A DNA stretch of 64,000 bases from an uncultured virus (IMG/VR IMGVR_UViG_3300029787_004165) (lineage: Duplodnaviria; Heunggongvirae; Uroviricota; Caudoviricetes). The position numbers and the translations under genes are program-made. The notes beneath the pieces were generated by a model, which was given only the letters and a program-made list of their open reading frames with translations, ran no database searches and was not told the origin of the DNA. Shown here piece by piece: positions 8,450 to 17,440 of the stretch (its first letter is position 1; every line of letters starts with the position of its first letter). The DNA lies in the IMG/VR virus record IMGVR_UViG_3300029787_004165. One strand, given 5' to 3'.

Positions 8450-10624
8450 TTATGCTACCAATTCAATAAATTCACCAAGAATTTTCTTATTCATCTTCTT
8501 ATTTTTCAAACTCTTTACAAAAGCTCTCTTGATTTGTGCCTTTGTAGCATCTTCTTGAACTTCAAACTCATCATCATTTGATAATGCGGATGATGATAAT
8601 CCAAAATATGAATGATAACCAGAAGTTTTAATAGAAAATGCTTTTTCTTTTTTCCAATCTTTCATTAATTTTTCATAACTACTATCTCCTTCTTCAATAT
8701 AATTTCTAATAAAATGACCAGCATCTCTACCACCCAAAATACGTATTCCTATAAAATTAACATCAATAAATGTTTCACGTAAATCTTTTAACAATAAATT
8801 TGTAACATCTGCCCATCTACCTAATCCATCACATGAATATGTACAACCTGTTTTACGATTACGCAAAATACATCTATCACCAATATAATTACTTCCCATC
8901 CATGAACTATCTTCATAATCATTTTTTTTATATTCTCTAGTATATTTTAATGGAGAACCCTCACCATCAGTAAGAATTACACATTGAACTTTTTCAATAT
9001 TATATTCTGATTTGAACTGTGGAATAATTTGATGAAGAGCAATTAAACTCTCATTCAAAGGAGTTCCAGAAAGTCTCATTCCAAAAGGAACATTATAAGA
9101 TAAACTCATTGACCTATCAAATAAACAACTTAAACGAAATATTGTTTTCATCTGATTTTCTAGTTCTTTAGTTTTAACCTTACTTGTAAATAAATTCATT
9201 AATGAAAATGTTTCCTCAACAACAGCTAAACCTTCTTTCTTCTCATAGGGAAGAGTAAGACGATCACCCTCAACAGGTGGATATTCACATGTAAAAGCAT
9301 AAACTTCAAATGGAATATTAACTTTATTACAGAACCATAATAAGTTAAATAATTGCTTAATAGTATCATGAAGAATATGTTGCATAGATCCACTCCAATC
9401 TAGAATGAATACCAATCCATGATTTTTACCATCAGGAATAACGGTTACCTTCTTAAATAAATCCTCATTAAATTTATAGGTATGAAGTTTTGCAGTATCA
9501 AGAACCCCAGTTCTTGCAGTGGAAGAACGAGCATAAGCACTGGCAGCTTTCTTACATTCAAACTCTTTTACTAAATAATTAACTTCTTTCTGAGCACTTC
9601 TCTTAAACTTTATATACTCACAATCAGATTCTTCAAACAAATTTTTATTTGAAAATTTTAAATTGTTTTCTTTATAATAAGTATTCCAACGTTCTTGATC
9701 ATCTTTCCATGATTTCTCAATGTTATCATGTATTGTTTTATTATTAATAATAATTTTTTTTAAATTTAATTTTGGCAATTCAAAATAAGTATCTTCAAGA
9801 TTATTTGATGTATTTGTCAGATGTTTAAGAGCATTTTCTAAAGCATCAACAGTTTGAATTTCTGGTTCAGTTTCTATTTTGTGATCAGCACCTATACCAC
9901 CACCACTAGAAGAAGGCTGATAATCAGGATCAACATTATCCTCCATGTCAGAGTTATCAGGGTCACCAAAATTGGTATCATCACCATCACCATTAATACT
10001 AGAGTTACCCAACCTAGTATCTTCACCATCAGAGATATCGTCTTCATCAAGATTGATTTCTTCTTTTTGATTTTTAAGTTCTTGTTTGCAGAGATTATAT
10101 AACGCTTCTGCTGCGGATAAGGTGTCATCAAACGTTTCGACATTTGCAATTAAATCGACAATCGGAGTTTCATTATCTGAAAAAAATATATCATTCCACG
10201 CACCAACTTTGAAATATAAATTAACTCTATCAGCAATATTAAAAGAAGTAAGATCTTGATCATTTATATCAAAGAAATCATCATCATTAAGTTCATTATA
10301 TCCTTTATAGAAACATTTAGCAAGGCCATCATATCTTCTCTTCATTAACTTTTCAATTCTTACATCCTCTACAATGTTTACAAAACTTGGAGGTACCTTT
10401 AAATCTTTTGACCAATCTATATCTGGAGTATAGAGTGCATGACCGACTTCATGAGCAACTAATGTATCATATACATCATTACTTGCTCTATCCCACTTTG
10501 GTAAAATTAATACTCTTGTATGAACATTGAACGTAGCAGTCTTAACTTTCTTGTGTTCCACTATAAGATCTTCTGTGGCAAGAAGTTTAGCAAGTTGGGA
10601 TTTGATTTCGTGTTTAACTGTCAT
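8450..10624 (-). CDS. vWA (MIDAS) domain protein with N-terminal HExxH metallopeptidase-like domain (CobT-like architecture)
   Basis: AHEVGH plus NIVEDVRIE; acidic linker; FILDWSGSM, SGTPL, ILTDGEG. Confidence 0.88.
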   Translation of the reverse strand: MTVKHEIKSQLAKLLATEDLIVEHKKVKTATFNVHTRVLILPKWDRASNDVYDTLVAHEVGHALYTPDIDWSKDLKVPPSFVNIVEDVRIEKLMKRRYDGLAKCFYKGYNELNDDDFFDINDQDLTSFNIADRVNLYFKVGAWNDIFFSDNETPIVDLIANVETFDDTLSAAEALYNLCKQELKNQKEEINLDEDDISDGEDTRLGNSSINGDGDDTNFGDPDNSDMEDNVDPDYQPSSSGGGIGADHKIETEPEIQTVDALENALKHLTNTSNNLEDTYFELPKLNLKKIIINNKTIHDNIEKSWKDDQERWNTYYKENNLKFSNKNLFEESDCEYIKFKRSAQKEVNYLVKEFECKKAASAYARSSTARTGVLDTAKLHTYKFNEDLFKKVTVIPDGKNHGLVFILDWSGSMQHILHDTIKQLFNLLWFCNKVNIPFEVYAFTCEYPPVEGDRLTLPYEKKEGLAVVEETFSLMNLFTSKVKTKELENQMKTIFRLSCLFDRSMSLSYNVPFGMRLSGTPLNESLIALHQIIPQFKSEYNIEKVQCVILTDGEGSPLKYTREYKKNDYEDSSWMGSNYIGDRCILRNRKTGCTYSCDGLGRWADVTNLLLKDLRETFIDVNFIGIRILGGRDAGHFIRNYIEEGDSSYEKLMKDWKKEKAFSIKTSGYHSYFGLSSSALSNDDEFEVQEDATKAQIKRAFVKSLKNKKMNKKILGEFIELVA

Positions 10625-10793
10625 CTGTATTTTTACTTATGAACCTATTATACGACGAAACCCCACGCTTGGTGGGGTTTAGTAGACGGTTTATCAACTG
10701 TCTACGTCTGGCTTTTGCAGAACGCAGTGCCTGTGGTTTAAGGTGACGTTTCTTTTCTTTCTTAGAATGATGCTGCCAATTAGGGACTTTCAT
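10614..10793 (-). CDS. Small basic protein (59 aa)
   Basis: Hand translation MKVPNWQHHSKKEKKRHLKPQALRSAKARRRQL...; its 3' half overlaps the regulatory element. Confidence 0.65.
   Translation of the reverse strand: MKVPNWQHHSKKEKKRHLKPQALRSAKARRRQLINRLLNPTKRGVSSYNRFISKNTDDS
10647..10705 (-). promoter_or_regulatory. Double-palindrome element plus TATAAT -10 box upstream of the vWA gene
   Basis: GTAGAC..GTCTAC inverted repeat 10682-10705; AAACCCCAC/GTGGGGTTT hairpin 10658-10680; TATAAT 10652-10647. Confidence 0.75.
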
Positions 10794-10945
10794 TTTTTAT
10801 TAGGGTAGAGTGATTCAATCTTTTTTTTACGAAGTTCCTCCTTCTTACGTTTTGCTTCCACTTTTTCATCACACCATGTTACTGGCCAACGTTGAAGACG
10901 TAGAGCATAAACGTATAACTTTCTGTTAGGAAATCGAAATTTCAT
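10790..10945 (-). CDS. Small basic protein (51 aa)
   Basis: MKFRFPNRKLYVYALRLQRWPVTWCDEKVEAKRKKEE...; ATGA overlaps at both ends. Confidence 0.6.
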   Translation of the reverse strand: MKFRFPNRKLYVYALRLQRWPVTWCDEKVEAKRKKEELRKKKIESLYPNKK

Positions 10946-12654
10946 TTTACTATACTACTAAATCCTTTAATTTTATCAAAGGTTATGACACTTTCAAATT
11001 TGTCATGTAGATCTGACTTATGAGATATAATAAAAATATTAGCATCTTTTATTATATATCTAATAATCTTAAGAAATTCTTCTGTTCCAAATCCATCAAG
11101 AGAACTATCAAATACCTCATCCATAATTAGCAAATTTGTATTGACAGAATTTTTTACCCTAGCAACCTCTCTCCATGTAAAAAGTAGTGCTAGGTCAATT
11201 CTCATCTTTTCACCTTCACTGAATGAAGCATATGAAAAATCCTCATGAATTGGTGATTTTACAGTTTCGCTAAAAGCTTCATCTAAAGTAAAATTAATAT
11301 AAAAATCCATTTTTTGTAGATAACGATTTACCTGTTGATTGATAAATGGAAGATATTTTTTAATTATTTTTGTTTTTACTCCATCATCTTTTAAAAGAGA
11401 ATATGCAAAATCATAATTGATCATTTCTTCTCTTATAGAAGATAAATTTTCTAGTGTTTTTTTAAGATTTATTTTAAACTCTGCTAATTTCTCATGTTCA
11501 GTATTTCTGTTTTTAAACTGTTCGGTAATAATTTGAACTTCATTTTCCAGATCTCTGATTTGTCGTTGATTGAGACTAATCCTAGTATTGTTTTGAGAAA
11601 TATCATGGTTGAGTTTAGTAATCTCCTTTGTCAATTTGGTAAAATGACGTTCTCGGTCTTGTTCGGTTTTGATGGAATTTTCAAGGTCTTTAAAACCTTC
11701 TTTCAATTCCTTTGCCTTAGTTTGAACGTCATCAATTTTATTTAACCTAAACGATTCTTCTATATTTTGGGTACATGTAGGGCATGTTACATTTTCACTG
11801 AAGAACTTATGTTCCTTTGTAATCGACGCTACCTTTTGAGTGATTTTACCTTTAAGGTTGTTAAGTTTTGCTAATTTTTTACCTACACCAGTTAGTTTTT
11901 CTTGTTCATTTGTCAAAGTAAAAACATTATTTTCCAATGTTTGGTTTATCAAACTATAATTATCAGACTCTTTAAGTAATAAATTAATTTTATTCATATT
12001 TGTTTCTATATTACTTTTACCTCTATCTTCAAGTTCTTTAATAAAGTTATTTTGCATTGACATTTTATCTTTAAGATTATCTTTTTTAAAGTCTAAAGAT
12101 TTTATCTGTTCTCTTTGTAGACGCATTTTATCTTTAAGAATATTATTCATAGCAGAGAAAATACGAATATCCAAAAGATCTTCAATGACTTCTCTACGAT
12201 TATTAGTAGATAATTGCATAAAAGGAACAAAACTACTACTACCCAATATTACAATTTGAGTAAAAGATTTATAATTTACTTTTAATATATTTTCTTCTAA
12301 TATTTTTTGATTATTTCGATCATCAGCTTGTTTATTAAGTGGGTTACCATTAACTTCAATATCAAATAAGTTTGGTTTAATTGATCTTCTAACTAGATAT
12401 TCTCTACCACTAATATCAAATTCAACTTCAACACAACAATCCTTTTCATTTGTTGCATTTATCAATTGGGACTTATTAATTTTACGGAATGGTTTATTGA
12501 ATAACACAAACGTAAGTGCATCCAACATAGTGGATTTGCCAGCACCATTTACACCAATAATTAAATTGGTATTAGATTTTAAAAAATCTATTTCAGTCCA
12601 GTGTTGTCCAGTACTTAAGAAATTTTTATATTTAATTTTCTTAAATTTTATCAT
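10942..12654 (-). CDS. gp46: Recombination endonuclease subunit, SbcC/Rad50-like (T4 gp46)
   Basis: GVNGAGKS, CPTC zinc hook, FSEGEKMRIDL, LIMDEVFD. Confidence 0.97.
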   Translation of the reverse strand: MIKFKKIKYKNFLSTGQHWTEIDFLKSNTNLIIGVNGAGKSTMLDALTFVLFNKPFRKINKSQLINATNEKDCCVEVEFDISGREYLVRRSIKPNLFDIEVNGNPLNKQADDRNNQKILEENILKVNYKSFTQIVILGSSSFVPFMQLSTNNRREVIEDLLDIRIFSAMNNILKDKMRLQREQIKSLDFKKDNLKDKMSMQNNFIKELEDRGKSNIETNMNKINLLLKESDNYSLINQTLENNVFTLTNEQEKLTGVGKKLAKLNNLKGKITQKVASITKEHKFFSENVTCPTCTQNIEESFRLNKIDDVQTKAKELKEGFKDLENSIKTEQDRERHFTKLTKEITKLNHDISQNNTRISLNQRQIRDLENEVQIITEQFKNRNTEHEKLAEFKINLKKTLENLSSIREEMINYDFAYSLLKDDGVKTKIIKKYLPFINQQVNRYLQKMDFYINFTLDEAFSETVKSPIHEDFSYASFSEGEKMRIDLALLFTWREVARVKNSVNTNLLIMDEVFDSSLDGFGTEEFLKIIRYIIKDANIFIISHKSDLHDKFESVITFDKIKGFSSIVK

Positions 12655-12922
12655 TTTTAGGAGGAATTACAATATCATTTGGGGTAATTACAGCGTATTT
12701 GTAATTATGCATTTTACATGTGTTTATAGCCAACTTATCATCAACTTCAATAACATCCATGGTTTTAGAAGTAATATCAGGACTATTGTCAACTTCTAAC
12801 ATCATAGCATATCTTTGGGCATCATCCTCATGTTCAAAAAGAAATAATACTTTATCCCCATCAGAATCCTGAACTGCATAAGCACCTTCATTTTTACTAT
12901 CTGTAAGAGTAAGAAGAAACAT
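12641..12922 (-). CDS. DUF3110-like protein
   Basis: VLFLFEHEDDAQRYAMMLE resembles the cyanobacterial DUF3110 motif. Confidence 0.55.
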   Translation of the reverse strand: MFLLTLTDSKNEGAYAVQDSDGDKVLFLFEHEDDAQRYAMMLEVDNSPDITSKTMDVIEVDDKLAINTCKMHNYKYAVITPNDIVIPPKNDKI

Positions 12923-13956
12923 TATTCTACTTCACAAGCCTCGCTGTAAATATTTTGAAATATATTTTTAATTATATTTTTATCTAGATTAAATTCAGAT
13001 TCTTCAATATAACGATTTAAAATTGAAAGAGTATTCTCCTCCTCATTAACTTCAAAATTTTCACTTTCTTGAATTTGAAAATTTTCAACAATTTTTAAAT
13101 CCTGAACACCAGAAGTATAAAGTTTATCAATAAATTTCTCAAATTCTTTTGGTTTTGATTTTTTACGAACAATTACCTTTACAATTTTATTTTTATATTC
13201 GGTAGTATTAAATAATTTAGAATTAGTATCTTCATAATATATGTTATAAAATAATTTATAAGGATTGTCAATTGGGATATGAGTTAAAGTCTCTGTATCA
13301 AATATATGAAAACCTCTAGGATCGTTGACATCATTCCAGAACATCTCATAAGGATTACCTAAGTAATATATTTTTCCATCATTTGATCTAGTATGAAAAT
13401 GACCAGAATATACTCTAGTAAACTTATCAAAAAGACTAACATCCGTACCATTTTCCATAATATGTCCACGAGTTGCTTGAAAACCATTCACCTCAAGATG
13501 TCCCATAACAACCTTTGCTTTTGTATTAGCAATTACTTTTTCAGTATCATCAATATTTTGAGAGTTGATCCATGGTAAAAGTAAAATATCTAATCCATCT
13601 ACATTTATTTCTGAAGGAGATGAATACATTTGAATATTAGAATAATCATTTAAAAGTAATTCTGGAGAATTGACAAAATTAGTATTTTTATAGTAACAAT
13701 CATGATTACCTACAATCGCATGGACATTATATTTTTTTAATGGTTCAAACACAACTCTTTTTGACCACTCTAAACTTTGCAAATCAATTGCCTTACGACT
13801 ATCAAATATATCACCCATATGAATAACAGTATCTATCTGATGCTCTTCTAAAGATGGAAAGAAAACATCACGATAGAATAGTTCAAAGTAATCATGAAAA
13901 TGCTTTGAACCCTTTCTGGCACCATAATGAGTATCCGTTATTATAGCGACTTTCAT
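12922..13956 (-). CDS. gp47: Recombination endonuclease subunit, SbcD/Mre11-like (T4 gp47)
   Basis: DTHYG, GDIFD, GNHD, GHFH metallophosphoesterase motifs. Confidence 0.97.
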   Translation of the reverse strand: MKVAIITDTHYGARKGSKHFHDYFELFYRDVFFPSLEEHQIDTVIHMGDIFDSRKAIDLQSLEWSKRVVFEPLKKYNVHAIVGNHDCYYKNTNFVNSPELLLNDYSNIQMYSSPSEINVDGLDILLLPWINSQNIDDTEKVIANTKAKVVMGHLEVNGFQATRGHIMENGTDVSLFDKFTRVYSGHFHTRSNDGKIYYLGNPYEMFWNDVNDPRGFHIFDTETLTHIPIDNPYKLFYNIYYEDTNSKLFNTTEYKNKIVKVIVRKKSKPKEFEKFIDKLYTSGVQDLKIVENFQIQESENFEVNEEENTLSILNRYIEESEFNLDKNIIKNIFQNIYSEACEVE

Positions 13957-14069
13957 TCATCTCTCCATAAAATTTCATTATTATTTGAGTTTGTGTAAAA
14001 TTCTGACACAGATATACCTATTAAATGTAAAAATACAATAAAAATAATTGCCACTAATCCTAATTTCAT
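13953..14069 (-). CDS. Small membrane peptide (38 aa)
   Basis: MKLGLVAIIFIVFLHLIGISVSEFYTNSNNNEILWRDE; ATGA overlaps on both sides. Confidence 0.55.
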   Translation of the reverse strand: MKLGLVAIIFIVFLHLIGISVSEFYTNSNNNEILWRDE

Positions 14070-14269
14070 TTTTTCTTAGGGTAGTATTGGAAACCTTCTG
14101 TTACTTCATCAAGTGAAGAAATTCTAAAAGTAATCATCTTATCCCAAGGGGTATGACTATCCATTAGAACTGCTGCTTTCTTTCCTTGTATTCTTTGAAC
14201 ACATCCAACATATCCTCTGTATATTGAATTTTCATCAGTTACTTTAACTGTGGAACCTGGTAAAATCAT
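14066..14269 (-). CDS. ndhS: NAD(P)H-quinone oxidoreductase (NDH-1) subunit S
   Basis: MILPGSTVKV...Y.G.VQRI..KKAAVL....WDKMITFR.S.L matches cyanobacterial NdhS (MI.PG..V.V...Y..[26 protein letters not shown]..L). Confidence 0.85.
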   Translation of the reverse strand: MILPGSTVKVTDENSIYRGYVGCVQRIQGKKAAVLMDSHTPWDKMITFRISSLDEVTEGFQYYPKKK

Positions 14270-14436
14270 TTTCTTCTCCTTCTTTTCCTTTTCTTATACT
14301 CACCCAATCCTAATAATCTCATAGGTGGCCTAATTAAAAAGTGCTCCACAGTAAAAATTCCAAACATCACCAATAGGAAACCAGTCATTCCAATGAGAAC
14401 TATGGGTTCTAATATTTTTTCTACTATCTTGTTCAT
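14266..14436 (-). CDS. Small membrane protein with basic tail (56 aa)
   Basis: MNKIVEKILEPIVLIGMTGFLLVMFGIFTVEHFLIRPPMRLLGLGEYKKRKRRRRK; ATGA overlaps with gp55 and ndhS. Confidence 0.65.
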   Translation of the reverse strand: MNKIVEKILEPIVLIGMTGFLLVMFGIFTVEHFLIRPPMRLLGLGEYKKRKRRRRK

Positions 14437-14969
14437 CTGTTATTATTTCTATATTGAATATTATCTTTAATTGTATTATAATCAGAAGCACTTCCAGATA
14501 ATGCTGTATCATCAACATTCATAACTTCATCAAATCCACTTTTTTCAATAATCTTTGTTTTAATATCTAATTGTTTTTTCTCTTTTTGTATTCTTCTGAG
14601 AAATGCATAATGTATAATTTGCGTAAAGTAAGCAAAAGGATTTTTGGATTTCTCAGGATCAAAATTATGTATGTACTGAACGCAATTTTCGATTCCATCT
14701 GATATCATGTCTTCCCGAAACATATAGTTAACAAAATTTGGTTTATAAGAAAGATGAGTTGCTATTTTTAAAAAACACTCTCCAAGATAATTCGGTATGG
14801 GCGGTTTACCCTCCCATGGATCAGACTTTTTGTTAATCCAAGGAGGTTCTTTATCAGGATATTTTTTAATAAATTTTTCTTTTGCAACAGAAACCTTTGC
14901 CCTATAAACAATCATGGCTTCTAACAATTGTTTATTATTTACATAGTGTTCGGACTTTTTTCTTGGCAT
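14433..14969 (-). CDS. gp55: Late transcription sigma factor (T4 gp55)
   Basis: HYVNNK, YLGECFLKIATHLS..PNF.NY, MISDGIENC, NPFAYFTQI..AFLRRIQKEKKQ. Confidence 0.97.
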   Translation of the reverse strand: MPRKKSEHYVNNKQLLEAMIVYRAKVSVAKEKFIKKYPDKEPPWINKKSDPWEGKPPIPNYLGECFLKIATHLSYKPNFVNYMFREDMISDGIENCVQYIHNFDPEKSKNPFAYFTQIIHYAFLRRIQKEKKQLDIKTKIIEKSGFDEVMNVDDTALSGSASDYNTIKDNIQYRNNNR

Positions 14970-15001
14970 GACATTTTAGTTTCCGTATTTAAACTGTTTT
15001 T

Positions 15002-15052
15002 ATTATAACATAAAAGCATAAGCTTGACAAGATGGTCAAATTTTAGTACAAT
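15002..15052. promoter_or_regulatory. Overlapping divergent sigma70-type promoters
   Basis: Minus: TTGTCA (15030-15025), 17 nt ending TGT, TATAAT (15007-15002) towards gp55. Plus: TTGACA (15024-15029), 17 nt, TACAAT (15047-15052). Confidence 0.75.
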
Positions 15053-15078
15053 AACCTTTGTAGAGGTTCAGAGATATA

Positions 15079-15501
15079 TTAGCTTTCTTTAGGTTCTTGA
15101 TTAATTTTAAATACTTCTTCAAGTATTTTACGAGCATCCTCTACTGAGGATACATATCCCATTTTAGAATTGGGTTTTACTTTACCATCAATTGGTGGTA
15201 TTTTAATTTGTTCATCACTAGTTTCGATAAAATTGTCATATATTGATATTAATTTTTTATTTGTGGTTTCAGACATTGTAATAACTTTATCAAGTTTTAT
15301 AATATGCATATCTTCATCGTTTAAATCCATCCATGGTTTTACTTTTATATAATGACCAACTCCATTTTGATGCATTTGCATAATTACTGGATTTTGTAAA
15401 ATTAAAATAACTTCATCATTATTATCGTCTGCCACGACAACAGACATGATTTCCTCACCAGATACTAATTTAATTATTGCGTAAAATTCTTCTCCCATCA
15501 T
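15079..15501 (-). CDS. Conserved cyanophage hypothetical protein (possible Sm-like fold)
   Basis: IKLVSGEEI...PWM pattern; usual position between uvsW and gp55. Confidence 0.7.
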   Translation of the reverse strand: MMGEEFYAIIKLVSGEEIMSVVVADDNNDEVILILQNPVIMQMHQNGVGHYIKVKPWMDLNDEDMHIIKLDKVITMSETTNKKLISIYDNFIETSDEQIKIPPIDGKVKPNSKMGYVSSVEDARKILEEVFKINQEPKES

Positions 15502-16964
15502 TTTTTAAGTGGTATGTTTACTATATCATAATCAAAATTTTCTTCATTATAAACTTTAATTCTTTCTATTAAATGGTTTAAAGTGTAATTCCTCCTTGAT
15601 TTGTAACTAATATCATCAGCAATATCATATAGAGTTGCTCTATTTTTTTGATTTCCTTTTCTTAAGACTCTTCCAATTGATTGTAAATTTCTAATTCTAG
15701 ACTTAGACGGAGAAGCAAAAATGACGTTGTGAAGGTTTTTAATATTAATACCTGTGGAGAAAGTTCCATATGAAGCTATAATAATTGCGTTTTTTTCTTG
15801 TTCAGTAATTTCACGAACCTGTTCTCTTTCTTCAGTATCTACTCCACCATGTATAAAAAATACACGACGATTTTCAATAATGTTATTATTATTTATTAAT
15901 TCGTATAAGGGTTCACCATGTCCCTCTACTCTAGCATATAATATAAGTGTATTGCCCTTTAAATCTAAAGCAAGATTTTTAATAAAATTATTTCTACGAT
16001 CATGACCAATAATATATTGAATTTCATCTTCAAAAGTTTCAAATTTATTTGGTGGATGTTTTAATAGAAGTACATTAATATCCAATGTAGCTAAATGACC
16101 TTTCTTCATAAGTTCATCTGTTTTAATAATTTTATAAGAAGGTCCAAATAATCCCTCAAGAACCCATTTGTGTGTTTGTGTTCCATCAAGAGTTCCTGTA
16201 AATCCATAACGATACTTAGCATCTGATAACTTAGTCATTATAGATATAAGTGATTTTGATTTAAATTGGTGAGCTTCATCCCCAACCACAACAGAAAATC
16301 TTTCAAAATATTTTCTGGGAAGTTTGTAGATGGATTGCCAAGTAGTGATAATAACTTGAGAATCTGTCTCTCTTTCTTTACCTGCGTATATCTTGTGGCA
16401 AAATGAACCAACGTCCCATCCATAATCTGAAAAGTCTTTATACATTTGCTCTACTAGCGAAGTCGTCGGAACAACTATCAGAGTATTTTTTTGTTTCTCA
16501 ACAAAATATCTCACAATCGAATATATCATCAGAGACTTTCCTGAAGCAGTTGGGGATATCAACAACTTTCTATTATGTCTTAGAGCGTCGTATACTCCAT
16601 CTATTTGATAATCTCTAGGTTTATATTTAGAAATTGCTGTCATGTAATCTTTGACACCTTCATTTGAAATCATTTCATTGACTTCAAATGGTAATCCGTA
16701 ATGTTTATTATCTACAAACTCGTAAGTATATTCATGATCTTTACAAAATTGAATTATTCTATCTAACAGTCCAACATAAATTTCTTTTTTTTGAATATTG
16801 AATAAACGAATTTTTCCATCCCAATATTTATTTTTATATGCTGGCGAAAAAGTGGCACCAGGAACCTCAAAAGTAAACTGATCTGCTAATTCATAGTATA
16901 CGTGCACATCAGCTTCTACATAAAGATAAACTTCATTTTTCTTTGATATGACCAAATGTGACAT
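15498..16964 (-). CDS. uvsW: RNA-DNA/DNA helicase UvsW
   Basis: SPTASGKS, DEAH, GFTGT, QSIGRVLR; WDGKIRL. Confidence 0.97.
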   Translation of the reverse strand: MSHLVISKKNEVYLYVEADVHVYYELADQFTFEVPGATFSPAYKNKYWDGKIRLFNIQKKEIYVGLLDRIIQFCKDHEYTYEFVDNKHYGLPFEVNEMISNEGVKDYMTAISKYKPRDYQIDGVYDALRHNRKLLISPTASGKSLMIYSIVRYFVEKQKNTLIVVPTTSLVEQMYKDFSDYGWDVGSFCHKIYAGKERETDSQVIITTWQSIYKLPRKYFERFSVVVGDEAHQFKSKSLISIMTKLSDAKYRYGFTGTLDGTQTHKWVLEGLFGPSYKIIKTDELMKKGHLATLDINVLLLKHPPNKFETFEDEIQYIIGHDRRNNFIKNLALDLKGNTLILYARVEGHGEPLYELINNNNIIENRRVFFIHGGVDTEEREQVREITEQEKNAIIIASYGTFSTGINIKNLHNVIFASPSKSRIRNLQSIGRVLRKGNQKNRATLYDIADDISYKSRRNYTLNHLIERIKVYNEENFDYDIVNIPLKK

Positions 16965-17011
16965 AAAACAATCTTCATCTGAAAATATTTAGCACCCTTT
17001 GTCAAGTTATA

Positions 17012-17440
17012 TTACATACCTGCCTGAAATCTATTCCATTCAATTGCATTTTTAATTTGAAATGTTCTATTAGAAATGTTTTTAATTATTTCTTCAAGGA
17101 ATTTTAATGTGGTATCATAGTATCTTATCTTAAGATCAATCTTAGTTAACCTCTCATCTGCCTCTAAATGCCTCTGTATTGCATCCTTTTCCCTTACCTT
17201 ATACGGAAATGGTTCTTCAGCGTACACCTCTGCTGTTGCCTTTCCTGTGTAATAATTATATCTTTCTAATTTTATTTTATTGTATTGATCTTTTGCTTTT
17301 TCACGCAAAAGAGTAATCGTATTATAAACTGTATAATACTTTGAGTGTAATTGAGGAATTTTTAGTGATTCATCATGTAGGTTATCAGGATCTATAACAG
17401 AGTCATTCTGCCACATATCCTGAATTTGTTCAAGATTCAT
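17012..17440 (-). CDS. uvsY: Recombination mediator UvsY
   Basis: IPQLHSKY, R.FQIKNAIEW.RF.AG; synteny with uvsW. Confidence 0.93.
   Translation of the reverse strand: MNLEQIQDMWQNDSVIDPDNLHDESLKIPQLHSKYYTVYNTITLLREKAKDQYNKIKLERYNYYTGKATAEVYAEEPFPYKVREKDAIQRHLEADERLTKIDLKIRYYDTTLKFLEEIIKNISNRTFQIKNAIEWNRFQAGM

Noticed and set aside
16975..17005. TTGACA (minus strand, 17005-17000) as a sigma70 promoter for uvsW
   Set aside because: No acceptable -10 at 16-18 nt; only the late-type CTAAATA at 16992-16986 is supported
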